Assembly (NCBI GenBank): GCA_012295275.1
Contig: CM022673.1
Span: forward strand, 28,768,001 to 28,832,000
Origin: Chrysomallon squamiferum
Taxonomy: Eukaryota; Animalia; Mollusca
DNA length: 64,000 nucleotides
Direction: 5' to 3'
The notes under the pieces were generated by a model. The model ran no database searches, was not told the origin of the DNA, and saw only the letters and a program-made list of their open reading frames with translations. A program made the translations under genes and the position numbers. Below, piece after piece: positions 1 through 22,452 of the stretch; the stretch's first letter is position 1, and each line of letters starts with the position of its first letter.

Positions 1-823
1 TGCTACATTTTATTATTATGAAAGATAGTAGTAAAGAGAAAACAATGAAAAAAAAATATGCACAAAAATACTTTCAGCCCGATTGCTCAAATCTTCAAAG
101 GGAGACATTAAATTCTCTACATCACAGGAGAATACAGTTTATTTCTTCCCTTTAAAAATGATGTGTATTCAGTTCAACAGTTATGTCACACTGTCTTTCA
201 GTCTGGATAGGGTTATTTCTAAATGCACTTCACAACAGATTATTAAAAAAAAACACATAAAATTCCATTATCAGATAAAATCTTGGTTTTGATGGAGGGG
301 GGCTTTCCCTCATTGTGTAGCTTTTTGTACTCTGATGAAAAAACCTGGTTGATTTTTTTTTTTTTTTTTACCTCTGCAGGAGTAAAACATCAATAAATGA
401 AGATGTATTTTCAGCTGGTGTTTATGCTTTAGAAATACTGAATATGTCAATCTGGATTTCTGAATATGTCCTTGCTAAGAAAACCATAGTTTCACTGAGT
501 TCCTAAAACTGAGCTGAAAAACAAAGAAAAAAGACAGTAAAATAAATTTTTAAAAGTATTTTTATTTTTCATTATTTGGTTTAAACTTCTGCAGAAAACA
601 GAATCAACGGAATAAAACAACAAATAAAAAATCAATTGTGTGTTGTTTGCATTATTAATTGTTTAGAAGAAGACATTATCTAAATTTAATCTATAAAACC
701 ACATTTATCACAAAAAAAATTATACTGATATATCAAAACAAAACAATTCCTGCAGAAACTATAAGCCAAAACTTGGGGGTATTTTTCTTAACAACAGTAA
801 ACAGAACTGTTTAATTAACTCAC

Positions 824-9313
<8,490 letters not shown>

Positions 9314-9499
9314 TGAAGAACATATAAATAATAAAAATAATGGCTATTTCAGTATTTGCTAATCCTGAAAGTGAAACAGAAAAATTAATGTTATTAACAT
9401 ATAGATTTGTAAAAAATATAAATTTTTAAAAAGTAAATTGTGTATTCTGCGAACATATTAGACAATGTGACAACAACAGCAAAAAAAAAAAAAAAAATG

Positions 9500-11520
9500 T
9501 GATTGAATAATTTCATAAAAATTAAATGAAGCTCTGAAGTTGAGATTAACCTCAAGCACGAGAGAAATGACCGATAAATCATTAAAAGAAATTATATTAA
9601 ATACTGAATTTATCATCATGTTGATTTGCTTGTCTATTATAAATCCAACACTTATATTTACGATTAAAAGTGATATAAGCTTTAAAAATTTTGAATACAT
9701 ACATTTGCTTTGTTATCAACATTTTCGTAAAGTATCTGCTTTGACAAAAGATGACACCATGATTGTAAACAATCAAATTCCTAACCCATTTCATAACGCA
9801 TTTGTTCATTGGTGTTTATGATTATGTTCGACCAATAACATTTCAGGTAAGGATGATTGAGTTAATCGGAATACTTCGGTTAAAGGTGAACGCTTCGGTG
9901 AATTTCCGAAATGTTCCGAATGGTATTGGGAGAAGAAAAAAAAAAAAAAAAAGTCTAGTAATAGTAATAATTATTTTATAAGTAGTGTAGATGCATTACG
10001 CTGAATTTTTTTTCTTCTGTTTAATATTTTATTTACATTTTTAAAAATATATATAATATTTTATTTTGACGATATTATAAGAAATACATTATAATTCATT
10101 ATTTGTTCAAGAATTCAGTGTGTATATTATAAACAGAAGTATATAAACATACATAAACATTCCTACACAACTGATATCTCTGTGTATGTTTGCGTGCTTG
10201 TATTCGATCAAATGTGCTTTAGTTTAATTTGTTTTTATTTTAAAAAAAAAAAAAAAAGATTATCTTCTTTAATTCTCGTTTGTTAAATAATAAATATATT
10301 ACTGTTATTATCCAAACCCTTACATATTAACATGAAGAAGAAGAAAAAAGTAAAAGGATTTTAGAAAATATTTTTAAAAAATAATAATAATTTAAAAAAT
10401 AAAAGAAGAACGCGTGTAATCGCGATTTCAAATGAACATTTTTTAAACATCTAATTACCTGAAGATTAAAGAAAGAAAAAAAAAAAAAAAAATTCTTAGT
10501 TTTATACGGGTACGCATATACACGCACGCACACATACACATTTGAAATAATTGATTTTTCAAATTAAGAATTTCTGTTCAAAACTTCTCCATTTCGCGCT
10601 ACTTGGTTGAGAGTTTGGGTCAATACGACCCTCTTGTGTCTGTGTAATGAATGTGTTAGTGACGTCACGGCTAGAGCGCGTACCTTTGTGTTGGTGTGTA
10701 CTTTTTACGGCATGTGTTATGTGTTGTTTTACCAATTTTAGAAGTTGCTACCGGTGATATGAGCCAGAAGAATCGTTACTAACTTCGAACAGAATCCGTA
10801 TTTACAGGTTAGACTATTATTTAGATAGTTTAGTATTAATGTGTAACTCAAATCGGCTTAACGTGAGACACACCATTTTTGTGTGTCTGACACACATCCG
10901 GACATTTTAGCGGAGAGCATTTTCAGCGATAGGTGCAATACTACTCGACTACCACTGACAGTAGCCGAAAAGGCCTACAGCAATGCGTCAGAAGTTTATT
11001 TTATAGACTATATATTAACGTCAAAGATAAATTACATATAATAAATTAATGAATTAATAAACCAGTTTAGGAGAAAGGAACAAACAGAGACATGTTTGCG
11101 TTCTTTTGAACAATAACAGGCCTGAACACTACTGCTTTGGTGATCAGGCGAAGAAAATAAAAAATAATAGAAGAAAGAAAAAACTGAAAGTTAATGTTGA
11201 ATGCGCACGTACATCTTATGAAGTATAAGTTTAAACGATTATAATTTAAATTAATATTTGTCGATTTGAATAAACATATTAATTAGTGTATATATTTTAT
11301 TATGTTTACATCCAAGCAAAAGTCAAATTTTTATTTACACACGCGCGTTTTTTTTTATTATTATTATTTTTTTATTCTATTATTAGTAAACTGTGTTGCT
11401 TATATGCAAAGTATTTTTGTCAATACAGCTAACAACAAGTAGATATTTTCAGAAGAGCACAAACTGGCAAATTATTGTTATTATTAGTGGGGTGAACATC
11501 GACAGTTTCTGCACGGGATC
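9500..11520. promoter_or_regulatory. CpG-retaining divergent promoter region between the NEK gene and the repeat-domain/BTB gene
   Basis: CpG dinucleotides are frequent here and rare in the flanking introns. CCAAT near 9831, ATTGG near 9925, perfect CRE GTGACGTCAC at 10659-10668, candidate non-coding exon donor CAG|gttaga at 10807/10808, NEK 5'UTR acceptor at 9364. Confidence 0.6.
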
Positions 11521-11816
11521 TTTTCTTGTAAGATTTTAGATTAGCTTGAATTAAATAATGCTTCATAATTTACGTCACAGGATAAAGTAATTACAGTGAA
11601 AAATGAATGCAAAGGGAAAAAAAGTAATAAAATAAAATAAAATAAAATAATAATAAATAAGTAAAATAATAATAACAATAGCCAAACAAAAACAATTGGA
11701 ATCTTTTTCAAATATGAGAAACATTTAATATTATCATTATGTTTTATTTATTTTATATTTTTTATATTATTTTTTCTTGTCTTTTTTTTTTTTTTTTTTT
11801 TTCTTATTTATTTATT

Positions 11817-11882
<66 letters not shown>

Positions 11883-14324
11883 TTAAATTTAAATAATAAT
11901 AACAGTTGCCAATCAAAAACAAATAGGAATTTTTTAAAACTTATTATATTATGTTTTATTTATTTTATATTTTTGTTAATTTTTCTTTCTTTTTTTTTAT
12001 TTCAAATTTCTTCATATATGGGCAAAATTAAGCAAAATGCAACACTTTTTTAAGCAAAAAGTACAATTTTGATACTCATTCCTGAGTGGTGATGTCAGAA
12101 AAGTTGTTAATGTGTAGTTTCTAGAATAAATTAAACCTGTAAAAAGTTAAACTAATTATGAGCATATCGTTTTATTGTTTGATATCAGTAACAATTTTAA
12201 TAAAAAAAATATTGTCTTTTTATATAAGCACTATAAAGTCATCTAATCAAAGTCTACAATATAAATAAATCAAAAAGCACATTTAACTTGATGTTTTATT
12301 TTTATTTTTTACTCTTAAATTGTAACTACTGGCAAAAAGTTAAAAAATACTTTGAGGTGCTTTCATCAAATGTCCCTCTGTTATCAAATAACAGGTTTGT
12401 TTTATGTTGGTTTTTTCTGTTGTTTAGAAATAAGTAAATTTAAAAAAAGAAATAATAATAATAATTTTATTTATTTATTTATTTAACTATTTTTACACAA
12501 TATGATCCCTAATAAATGGCAGTTTTAATTTAGTTAACATCACTAATTAAAAAGTTGTCCCATTGATAACATTAACTTTTCACAAATTGTTAAAGATTTA
12601 ATTTGATGACATCAACTCATTTGATACATCCAGTTATAAACACAACAATTTTATAGATGTAATTCAATTTTTTTTTACACACACACACAATCACTTAAAA
12701 GGATTAAGAGCATTTGAGTTTGATTTTGATGTTTTAACCATAAACTGCTGATGTACACAAACTCAACTGATCCTTTGACCTGAAATGTTAGAGCCCATAC
12801 CAGAAAGTTATTGCAGGTACTAACTAGGGGCAGTGAAAAGACAATAACAATGAATTTAAGGATAATTAAACTTATATTGAAAGGTGCAGCTGTTAAATAA
12901 GTCATATTTGAAACAAAAATATGAAACAGTTTTCACAGCTTCGTACTTGTTTGATTCAACTGTGTTTTTTCAGTGGATACACTGAACAGTTTTATAAAGA
13001 AAATCTTCCACCAGTCTCATCTGATACAGTTACAATGCCTCTTAACAGAGCGGAACAGTAAGAACTAAACCGAGAATGTCAGAAAGAAAAGACTGGGAGG
13101 TTATATCTGGAGAATCATGTCCAAAAGAAAGAAGTTTCAAGCCAGTGGAAAAAAAACAAAAACAGGCATAACTAAAATTAGGAAGGATTCAGAGAATAAA
13201 AAAAGGCTATAGTGTCAGAAAAAGAAAATGGCTGCATTATTGACAACCATACATAATGCTTATAAATGAGCATATCAAAATAATTGCAGTTTGAAAAAAA
13301 CTGTTGTTAGCTTATCAAATGGGTTACCTCCAGCTGAAGAGAAACACTGAAAAGATATTTAGCAGAAAAGTATGTACTTAGTAAATGACAGGCATGACAA
13401 CATGAAAAAAACACATGCTGAGAATAAATTATCTGATGCAACTGAATGCTGAATTATGGAATTTTATACTGGATGGCTAATGAAGGATGAAAAGACAAAA
13501 GTACAACAACAGATGTTTGTTTGTGAAGCGTTATCTGCTGTTGAAAGGAAGACCCTTAAGACAAAATCAGGCTTACAACACTTAGTGCTATGTGACCTGG
13601 TATTGTCATGTACAAAAAATGAAAAAAACTTGTAGGAGTCATGTAGTGTTTGAAAAACAAACTCCAGTATGAGTCTCACTGAGTGTGTGTAAATAATGTT
13701 TCTAGTCACTGAATTAAAAAATTACTGAATTAGACCTTAATTTGGATCCACTGAATCTCAAATAATGTAAAAAAAAAAAAAAAAAGTAATACAGTAAAAT
13801 GTGACTCTCTACTTTTAAGCATGTTGTCCTGTTAATATGATTTATATGTTTATTTGAACAGTATCCTAGCTTGATTTTAGCGCTGTGTACATTCACTGAT
13901 AGTGAATGACCAGGACAGTAGATGAAGCGAAGTAACCAAGGGTCACTAAAACCTGTGTTTATTTTGCATGCCTTCATCACCAAGTTTTAAAAAACAATTT
14001 GTGATATTTAAAAAAAAAGTGATTAATTTAATTTTTTTAATATTTCAGAGAAGAGGAACATTTAGCATCAAAACTGAAATTAAATAGTTTGTTCAGTAAC
14101 AGTAATTGTGTGTGTGTGTGCAAAAATACTATATTTTTAATTAAAAAGTTACTCATATTGAACAATAAAATGGGATATGCTCATAATTAGTTTAACTTTT
14201 TACTGGTTTAATTTCTCTTAATAATAATATATATATATACAGTCACACATATATAACTTTCATTTATCTAGTTTTTATTTTACTTTTTATTTTACTTTTA
14301 TTTTACTTGACAGAAAATGCCAGA

Positions 14325-17300
14325 ATGTCAGAAGATGCCAGACACCATCACACTGGAAGTCCAGGTTTATATTTCTCAAACCACGATCAAACTCACAGCA
14401 GCCTTTCACCAAAATCTCTATCAGCTGAGCAGCTGAAAGCAACTCTTCCTCCATTTTCCAGCATGATGCACGGCTCGCCAGGACCCACACATTACCAGTG
14501 TGACAAGGAGGCGGCCATGTTGGAATCACAGCATCACTCCCAAAACATGCCTCTACATTTACAGCAGCAGCAGCAGCAGCCCTTTTCTCCATCTGCTGAT
14601 GCTGTTGCTGTGGCAACAAGTGTGTCAGGAAAACATTTCTATCGCTCTGCCATTCGTTCGTCAGATCTTCCAAATCCACTGCCTGTTCCTCCGTATTCCC
14701 AAGAGCTGCTTGCTGCGAGAGACAGTGGCAAAGCTACAGACTATCGATCGATGATTATACGAGAAACGGTGAAGTACTTTTTGAAAATGAAGTACTGGTG
14801 GACAAGCGAGGACTACGATGCCATGGCGCAGATGGTCGCCAGGGAATTTCCTGATCTTCGAGATCAAAATGTTTCACCAGGACAGCCAGACTATGTAAGA
14901 AATAATTACGATAATGTGTTTTTTTAGTTTCAAAAGTTGTGAAATCTTTTGAATCATGGATTGTAGTTTAATAATAATAATAATTAGAGTAATGACAGTG
15001 TTCTATTTTTATACATATTTTAATAATTGATTTAGATATATATATACAGCCAGACTGTAAGAAATAATTATGATAATGTGTTAATTTAGTTTTAAAAGTT
15101 GTGAAATCTGTTGAATCATGGACTGTAATTTAATAATTTGATTAATTTATACACATTTTAATAGCTGATTTATGTATAATAATAATGTAAATGAGTAATG
15201 TACACATTATGTAATTAGTATAGCCACAAAGAACACAAGTGCATTACACATCATTATATCAGAAATATTTAATAAGCCAACAGTTGCAAAATAGTTAAAC
15301 GCATTGAAATACTCTTTCATTTTTCTAAAATACTTCAGGCACATATAAGAGCTCATCTGTCGCAGACTGCCAGGAATCTTCGTAGAGTTGCAAAAAACCA
15401 ACAACAGAGAAAGCTGATTGGCAGAAGTGATGCAAACTTCACAGCCAACAGCATGGAAGCAGAGCAGGAGATCATGGTAAGGATAATACTGACAAGTTTA
15501 TTTGTTAATTGTTTTGTGTTACTAAAGTGTAAATAACAAACATGTTTAATAATATCCTTTTTTTATTTTTTGGGGTTATTTTTGTCTTGTTTATTGTTTT
15601 GTTTTCAGTAAGTTAGGATTCAAGTAAATGATACGAACACATGAATGTTTTGCTTAGAAATTTCAAGATGGAATAAAATTAACTTTTGAATAAATTTAAA
15701 ATCTTGTTGAACATGGTTTCCGTGTAGTATTCATTTTTTATTCTTTTTTCATTTTTTTTTTTTTCCTTACAGTCGCTGTCTGCTGCTGCTCACAGTCTCA
15801 AACAAGATGTGTCCTCAAACAGGACAGCTCTGCCTTCAGTCGCCCACATTCTCAGCAAGCAGTACTTGACTCCATCGTCAGTGTCTTATCCCATCAACAC
15901 AGCAGGTATTCTGCCTCAGATGATGTCTGCCAATTCCATTCTGGCTTCATCGACCTACCAGAAGTACTTGCATTCGTCTCTGTTAGCCATGTCACCAGAA
16001 GGGATGTCGTCACTTTCTCACAAACTGATGTCCCAGCTTGCTACAGGAACATACCCTTCAGTACAGCAGTATGGCCACAATTCAGCCTTTCCTGGTCACG
16101 TAAAGATGGAGCCTGAATCTGATCCACATGAATATGGAGCAGCTCCTTCATATTCTCCCAGCAGCAAAATGGATGCTGATCGTGGTGATTCACAGCAACA
16201 GGACAGGCAAGTGCTATCACCAGTGTCTTCAGTGGGTTCTTCAGTCAAAGACAGAGACATCAACGACTGTGAAGATCTGCCCATTCACTTTGCTTCTGCA
16301 CCTGATCTGCACAATGAAAACACTGAAAATGAAAGACACTTGTCACCCATAGCACACCACCTCCATAATTTCAACCAGTTCAGAGGTCACAGTGACAGTA
16401 TTTCAAAGGAGACATTTCAAGCAAGCAATTCAGAAAACGAGGACGGAATTAAATCTTCTCCTTCAGGTCTTCCTGATGATTCTGAGCTGCCTAATCCACT
16501 GCCTATTCCTAAGTACTCAGAGAGGGTGCTCACTGCTAATGAGATGGGCATGACCAAAGAAATGCGTTCAACTATCATTAGGGAAACAACGACATTCTTT
16601 CTCAACATCAAGTATAGATGGAGTAGTTCTGATTATGATCGAATCTCTTCTATGGTTGTCAGTTTGTTTCCTGCTCTCAGAGATCCTGTCAGTAGTCCAG
16701 GCTATGCACCCACAGTAAGTGTTCAGCTTTTTCTAGATTTTTTCTGTCATTTTTTTTAATATTTTCAAGACATGGTTTGTAAACTGAAATAAAACTTTTT
16801 CCAGATATTTTGCTATCATTTGTGCTTCTAATGCCAGAACAAATATAAAAATATGATAGATCATTTTTGGTTTGTTAGGCAATGCAGAGGTTTCCTTCAA
16901 TATTTAGACAATCTGAAGATGCCTGAGAGAATGAATCAGACATTTTATAATTTGTGCTGGCAGAAAAATGCTTTTGTATGCTGGAAAAAACAATAGCATT
17001 TGTTTCCATAAGGTGAAGTCCAGATTCAAGGCCTGTTTTTTTTTTTTTTTTTTTTTTATTTATTCACTGTAATTGTAAATTCCTTTTTATTATTTTGGTA
17101 TTTTATTCATAAACCTGTTACAATCATGTGTTATATATTGAGTCTTTTGTTTATAAATTAATTACTCTTTTTGTTTAATTTCTTGTAGAGACGAGTGCGA
17201 TCTGATCTGTCGATGTGTGCTCGCAACATCCGGAGAAGAGACGTCAACAAAATAACCACTGGCTTTGCCAGGAAGAAATCCAGAGCTGCTGCCTTGAGCT

Positions 17301-20300
17301 TTCCATATGACCCGAAAGTCAGCACAAACATCAAAACAGAGCCAGTGTTCTTCCAGCATTCCGAACTAGGCCACAAATACTGGGAACAGTATCCAGACAG
17401 TCATGGACACACACTGGACAACACTGATTTGTCCTACAGTTTGTCTGAACAGAGGTCACTGATGTCTGGTAATAACCTGGACAGTGGTCAGACAAACACA
17501 GACAAAAACATGGCCGAAGACAGTCCCAGAGTTCAGACATACAACGAATCCGGGTTTTATTCTTCTAGCAGAAATGATGCCAGAAAAGAAATATCTGCAG
17601 AAATGAAAAATAATGATGTTAACAGAATTCCAAGCAAGCAAGGCCAGGATGAACGTGGAGATGTTACAGTCGACATTGTTAATGATAGTTCCTCTTCTCA
17701 GTATGTACATAAAGCTATGAACCATGTGACCAAACAACAGGCTCTTACACAAAATCAGATGAACAGAGATAATGTGTATAATACTGGAAATCCAATTTCA
17801 AAAAGAAATAATGTTTCAAATTCAGAATCACAACTAGAAAAAGACTCTCATCAGGTGAAAACGAGGGATTCTTACTCATTGAATGATTCTAAAGCAGAGC
17901 AAACAGAACCCTGCAGAAGAGGAGTTAATGCTGATACACAAAGGAATATGCACATTAATGACAAAAAGAATCTCTATGCAAATAACCAGGGTGATTCCAG
18001 TTCTTTATCCAGATTTACTGAGAGACATCTGTTGAAATCTCAGAACCCTGAAAAGATGAGAGATCGAGAAGCAGCTGTTGGTGATGTATCAACTACAAGA
18101 GAGAATGCATGTGAGACCCAGGAAACCAAGAACTATGGACAAGTGACACAAGAAAATTCAGCTGGAGTCAGCGTTTTTCCCAAACCACAAAGGTAATTTC
18201 ATGCATTATAATTCAGTGTCATTTTGTCATGTTGTGTTTTGGGTGAGGAGAAAGTTTACTAAATTTAGAAGTTATAAAAATTCATGCAGATGTATGTTGC
18301 ATTAAATGTAAGAACTAATTTATAAACTATAATATTACGTGTCAGTAAAAGTGACAAATTAACCTATGCTTGCCATATTATTTTTAATCTCATAGAAAAA
18401 CTGTGTTTCAGATTTAATCATCATTAATATAATAAAAAAGTTGAAAGAAGAAAAAAATAATAACTTTAAATAAAACCATTATATTACTTACTTCATACTT
18501 TTTATTTTATTCCACTTCATAAATACTTATTTTTCAAGTCTGTTCCTTCTTTTAATAGATTAATAAAATTTAATTAAAATAAAAAAATAATAAATAAAAA
18601 TAATCAATTTTTTTTTCAAAATGTAGTTCTTCCAGAAACTCTTTCCCAGACCCTCTTCCAGTGCCATCTTACTCTGTGGAAATCTGGAAACAGCGACAGC
18701 TTGGCAACGTCCTTGAAATCAAGAATCAGATAATCAAAGAAACCGTCAGTTTCTACCTGCAGTGGAAATCCACCAAATGGACACCTGGCGATTATTCTAG
18801 AATCGTTAAGATGATTTTGTACCAGTTTCCCGAGCTGAGGACTGTGGTTAGTAAAGTCTGAGATGACTTAGTTGCTTATTAGCATCAGATAATAAGTGTT
18901 GTAGTATTAAGCTTTAAAGTTATTCCGTTACCAACTTCTGGCAGAATTAATTTTATTTTTAAATTTTTTTCCTTTTCACCTTGTTCATCGATTAATCTGT
19001 TTTCATTTAGGAACTTAATATAAACTTGTCCAGATTAGGGATTCATTATGAAAAATAAGCTTCTGTTAACGATCCATTTATAAAAAACAAAACAAATATT
19101 TTTTCTTCAGTTTATGAAATTATTTATCTTGTTTGTTTACTGCTACAAATTTTTAAAATATTAATGGAATATTATTATTTTATTTTATTTTTTTGAATTT
19201 AAAAAAAATGTTTCTTTGTTAAAAATAATTATGTATGTTACATTTTATTATTAAACATTCCATGTGATAAAAATCCTAATACTTCAGAATTTTTTTTGTC
19301 TCAGTTTCAGAAAACTCTGAAGAATTTGCTGTTCTTCACCTTCAAGAATCTTACCAGCCGTCGACAACCCAGCAGATACTGGAACCGAAAACACCTCAAA
19401 GCACAGAACAGACAAAAGTCATCCACTATGTACAACAACAGCAGCGAAGCAGCTTTCACCAGCTCAAAACTCAGTGCAATCGACCAAACTGACTTTGAAA
19501 CAAACCCACAAGGATCATATGAGGAGGAAAATGAAAAGAAGAGTGAATATTTCGCCGATGATAAAGCAGACACGTCATCAGACTCCAGTCTGTTAAATGA
19601 CGTCCACGACAAAAACGTCCACGACTACTCACGATGTTCTCTCACCAGACAAATAGAACTGCCCAACCCTCTACCTGTGCCGAAATATTCGCACCTCTTA
19701 CTGAACACTGAAAACCACTACACTCTGAAACACAACCGACTGCAGATCATCAGAGACACTGTCAAGTACTTCCTGCTGATCAAATACTGGTGGTCTTCGA
19801 GGGATTACGAGAGAATTGCCGAAATGGTTGTCAGCCAGTTTCCACTGTTGGCTGACCCAGATTCACAGTACGGTTTTCCGACTTGTGTAAGTAGCTGAAA
19901 TAATTTCTCACTGGCTGCCTTCACTCATCCAGGAGAATTCTTTTAAGAACTCATTTCATTGGCGTATCTCCCCATTTAGCAGTTTAAACAAAAATAGTAA
20001 CCTATAGTACGTTACTTTACAACTTTACAAGAGCATGATAAACTTTTCTTTACCTATTGTATTTCTCTTTGAACAAAAAGATAATTATAATTAGTTACCT
20101 TACTGATAAAAATTGTAATAAACATGAAAGTTAACTATTTAAGTAGCTTTAATGTTGTTGTTTTTTTATTACAGAAAAAGAAAAGGAAAAAAATCCACAG
20201 TTGCATTAAAAAACACATCCTTTGACTAAGCATCAAATAAAACTATTTATATCTTTTTATTTGTCCATTTATTAATGTTAAAATACCCTTACGACTTTAT

Positions 20301-22452
20301 AATAATTCATTTTTATTATGCAGAATCATTTAATTACTAATACAAATTTCCTTAATGAGAATTAAATAATTTTTGTTTTGGCAATTTTCTTTCTTCAGAA
20401 AAAGGTCAGACAGGAACTGTCTATGTGTGCTCGCAATCTGAGAAGAAGGTACGTGAAGTGGGACCAGCAGTCGAATAACAACAAGAAATTCAGACGAGGC
20501 AGGACGTCTGAAGATCAGGACAAGGAACAAGATGTGAACTGCAGGGATAATCCTAATGTGATGGTGAATTCAGAAGATAACAAAGAGTGTAACAGAACGT
20601 CTGGTGATCCTGTCAGCTCTAGTAATCACCTGAGTGAGAAAGCAGGACAAAGTGCGGGTGATGTGCACAGGAAGGTTGTCACCAGTGCTGATCAGTATGG
20701 TGATGCTGCTGCTGGTAAGTGTTTATGTTGTTTTTTGGACTAATTAAATATTTGTTCTGTGTGCAATACCTTGTTATATCAAATCTGTACAGAGAGAGAG
20801 AAAGAGGTGTTTTAAAACTATTCTACTTAAAATCAAAATACTGTGCATTGAGCTGTTAAATCTTTTGATAAACATTATAAACATCAACATAGTTTTTTAT
20901 TAGTTTTTTTTTATTACTCTCTAATTCATGATCAAATAAATAAATATGCCAGGTTTGATTTAAAGTGTTATACTGAACACTTAAAAGCATCACATTTACT
21001 ATTTTGCAGCCAATTAAATGAAATGTCAAAGGCACAAAGATTAAAATGTGCATTATACTGTTTCATAGTTTATCTCTGATCTTAAGATTTGCATTTAAAA
21101 AAAAAAATAAAAATAAAATAAAATAATAAATCTGAGAACAGAAAAATATTAATGTAAATGGCCTACAATAAATTATTTGACATTTCATTTATTTTTTCAG
21201 AATCTGTTCCTACTCCTACAATAAAGCTGAAGAAGACTTATGTAAATCCAGATCATGGAAATCTTCTGCAGACCCAGCTTTCTCAGCTGTGGAAAGACAG
21301 AAAATACCTTGATGCTGACCTTGAAGTAAATGGAACCAAAATACAGGTCTGTTGCATACAAGTTCCATCAGCAGCAAAAAAAGGAGCAAAAGAATAATAA
21401 TAAATAACCAAACAAACTGAATGCAGTTCAGGCATTGCCAGTATTTCATTGCAAGGGATGTGATATCCTAAGCACAAAGTTAAAAGCAGTATAATATTAA
21501 ATATTAAAATAAGAAATGATTTTAAAGAAATGATTTTGAAGAAAATATTTCATTTAAGTCCAAGGAAAAAGGTTTTTTGGGGGTTTTTCTCATTATTTTT
21601 GTTGTCAGTCTTTAAAAAAAAACGTGCTTTAAATATATTATTATTTTATTTTATTTTATTACTGCTCACAATAAAAGGAATATTGTGATCTAAGACTCAT
21701 TATATGAAAATTAAATGCTTCAAAATTCTTTTATCAGAGGTGTTATATGTCTTCCTATTGTTTTTCAGGCTCACAAGTTAATACTACTTGCTATGTGCCC
21801 TTTCCTCCAGTCCACCCTGAACCAGACAGACACAAAAAACCGCATCGAGATCAGCATGCCAGAAAACTCTACCACTGAGGCTGTTGATGCTTTTCTCAAG
21901 TATCTGTACGACGGAGTTATCCACATAAACACAGATACAGTGCACGCACTCAGCAAAATTGCAGATATGATGCACATACAAAAACTATACAAATACTGCC
22001 AAGATTTTCTAGAAGCGTGGAACAGAAAACAAGATCACATTAAGGAAGAAGACCTGAATTTGTACAGATTAAGTCATCATGTGCCAAACAATACTGATTC
22101 TGTAGAACATTTACACAACAGCAGTCAAGCTGAAACAAGTTTCCACCATTCCACAGAAGACAAACATGTGCATCGCAGTTTGTCAACTAATTCTGACAGT
22201 GGGAGACATCAGTATCATCATCACCACAGTTCTGGTCAGGAATTTCAAGTTCATCTGAATGGTGGAGCCACTTCAAGTCACCAGAGAGATCTGACTTTAA
22301 AAGCTGACAGACACGAAGTGCACAACATGGCAAACAGTTACCTCAGGAGGAATTCCAATCATTCAGAGACGCTTTCTGATGAAGCTGTGAAGCAGGAGAG
22401 GTTGGAACATTCGGGTTACTCAGTTACACAGAGCTCTGCGTCTCACAGTTAA
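14325..22452 (+). CDS. Protein with four tandem BEN/SAMD3-like helical repeat domains and a C-terminal BTB/POZ domain; probable nuclear regulator
   Basis: Phase-consistent exons: 14325-14894, 15339-15476, 15773-16714, 17189-18192, 18627-18846, 19305(or 19311)-19886, 20399-20714, 21201-21346, 21769-22452. Repeat consensus LPNPLPVPxYS..IIRETVxYFLxxKYWWSSxDYxRIxxMVxxxFPxLxDP..xxVRxxLSMCARNxRRR occurs four times. BTB: HGNLLQTQLSQLWKDRKYLDADLEVNGTKIQAHKLILLAMCPFL..AVDAFLKYLYDGVIHINTDTVHALSKIADMMHIQKLYKYCQDFL. Confidence 0.85.
14884..15177 (+). repeat. Local tandem duplication of an exon end plus 5' splice site (~14884-15040 and ~15047-15177)
   Basis: cagccagactatgtaagaaataattacgataatgtg..gttgtgaaatcttttgaatcatgga reappears as cagccagactgtaagaaataattatgataatgtg..gttgtgaaatctgttgaatcatgga. 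Confidence 0.85.
20038..20117 (+). repeat. ~80-bp dispersed repeat, copy 1 (copy 2 at ~23673-23751)
   Basis: tgtatttctctttgaacaaaaagataattataattagttacctta(c/t)tgataaaaat is near-identical at both places. Confidence 0.85.

Noticed and set aside
1-823. Terminal exon(s) of the NEK kinase
   Set aside because: Candidate acceptors near 508, 588 and 750 give immediate stops or unconvincing peptides. The 3' end may lie outside the window.
12970-13690. Purine-rich, coding-like stretch in the first intron of the repeat-BTB gene, with a Cys-containing fragment (LVLCDLVLSC)
   Set aside because: Multiple stops and no recognisable motif or termini. It may be a decayed transposon but cannot be supported without a search.
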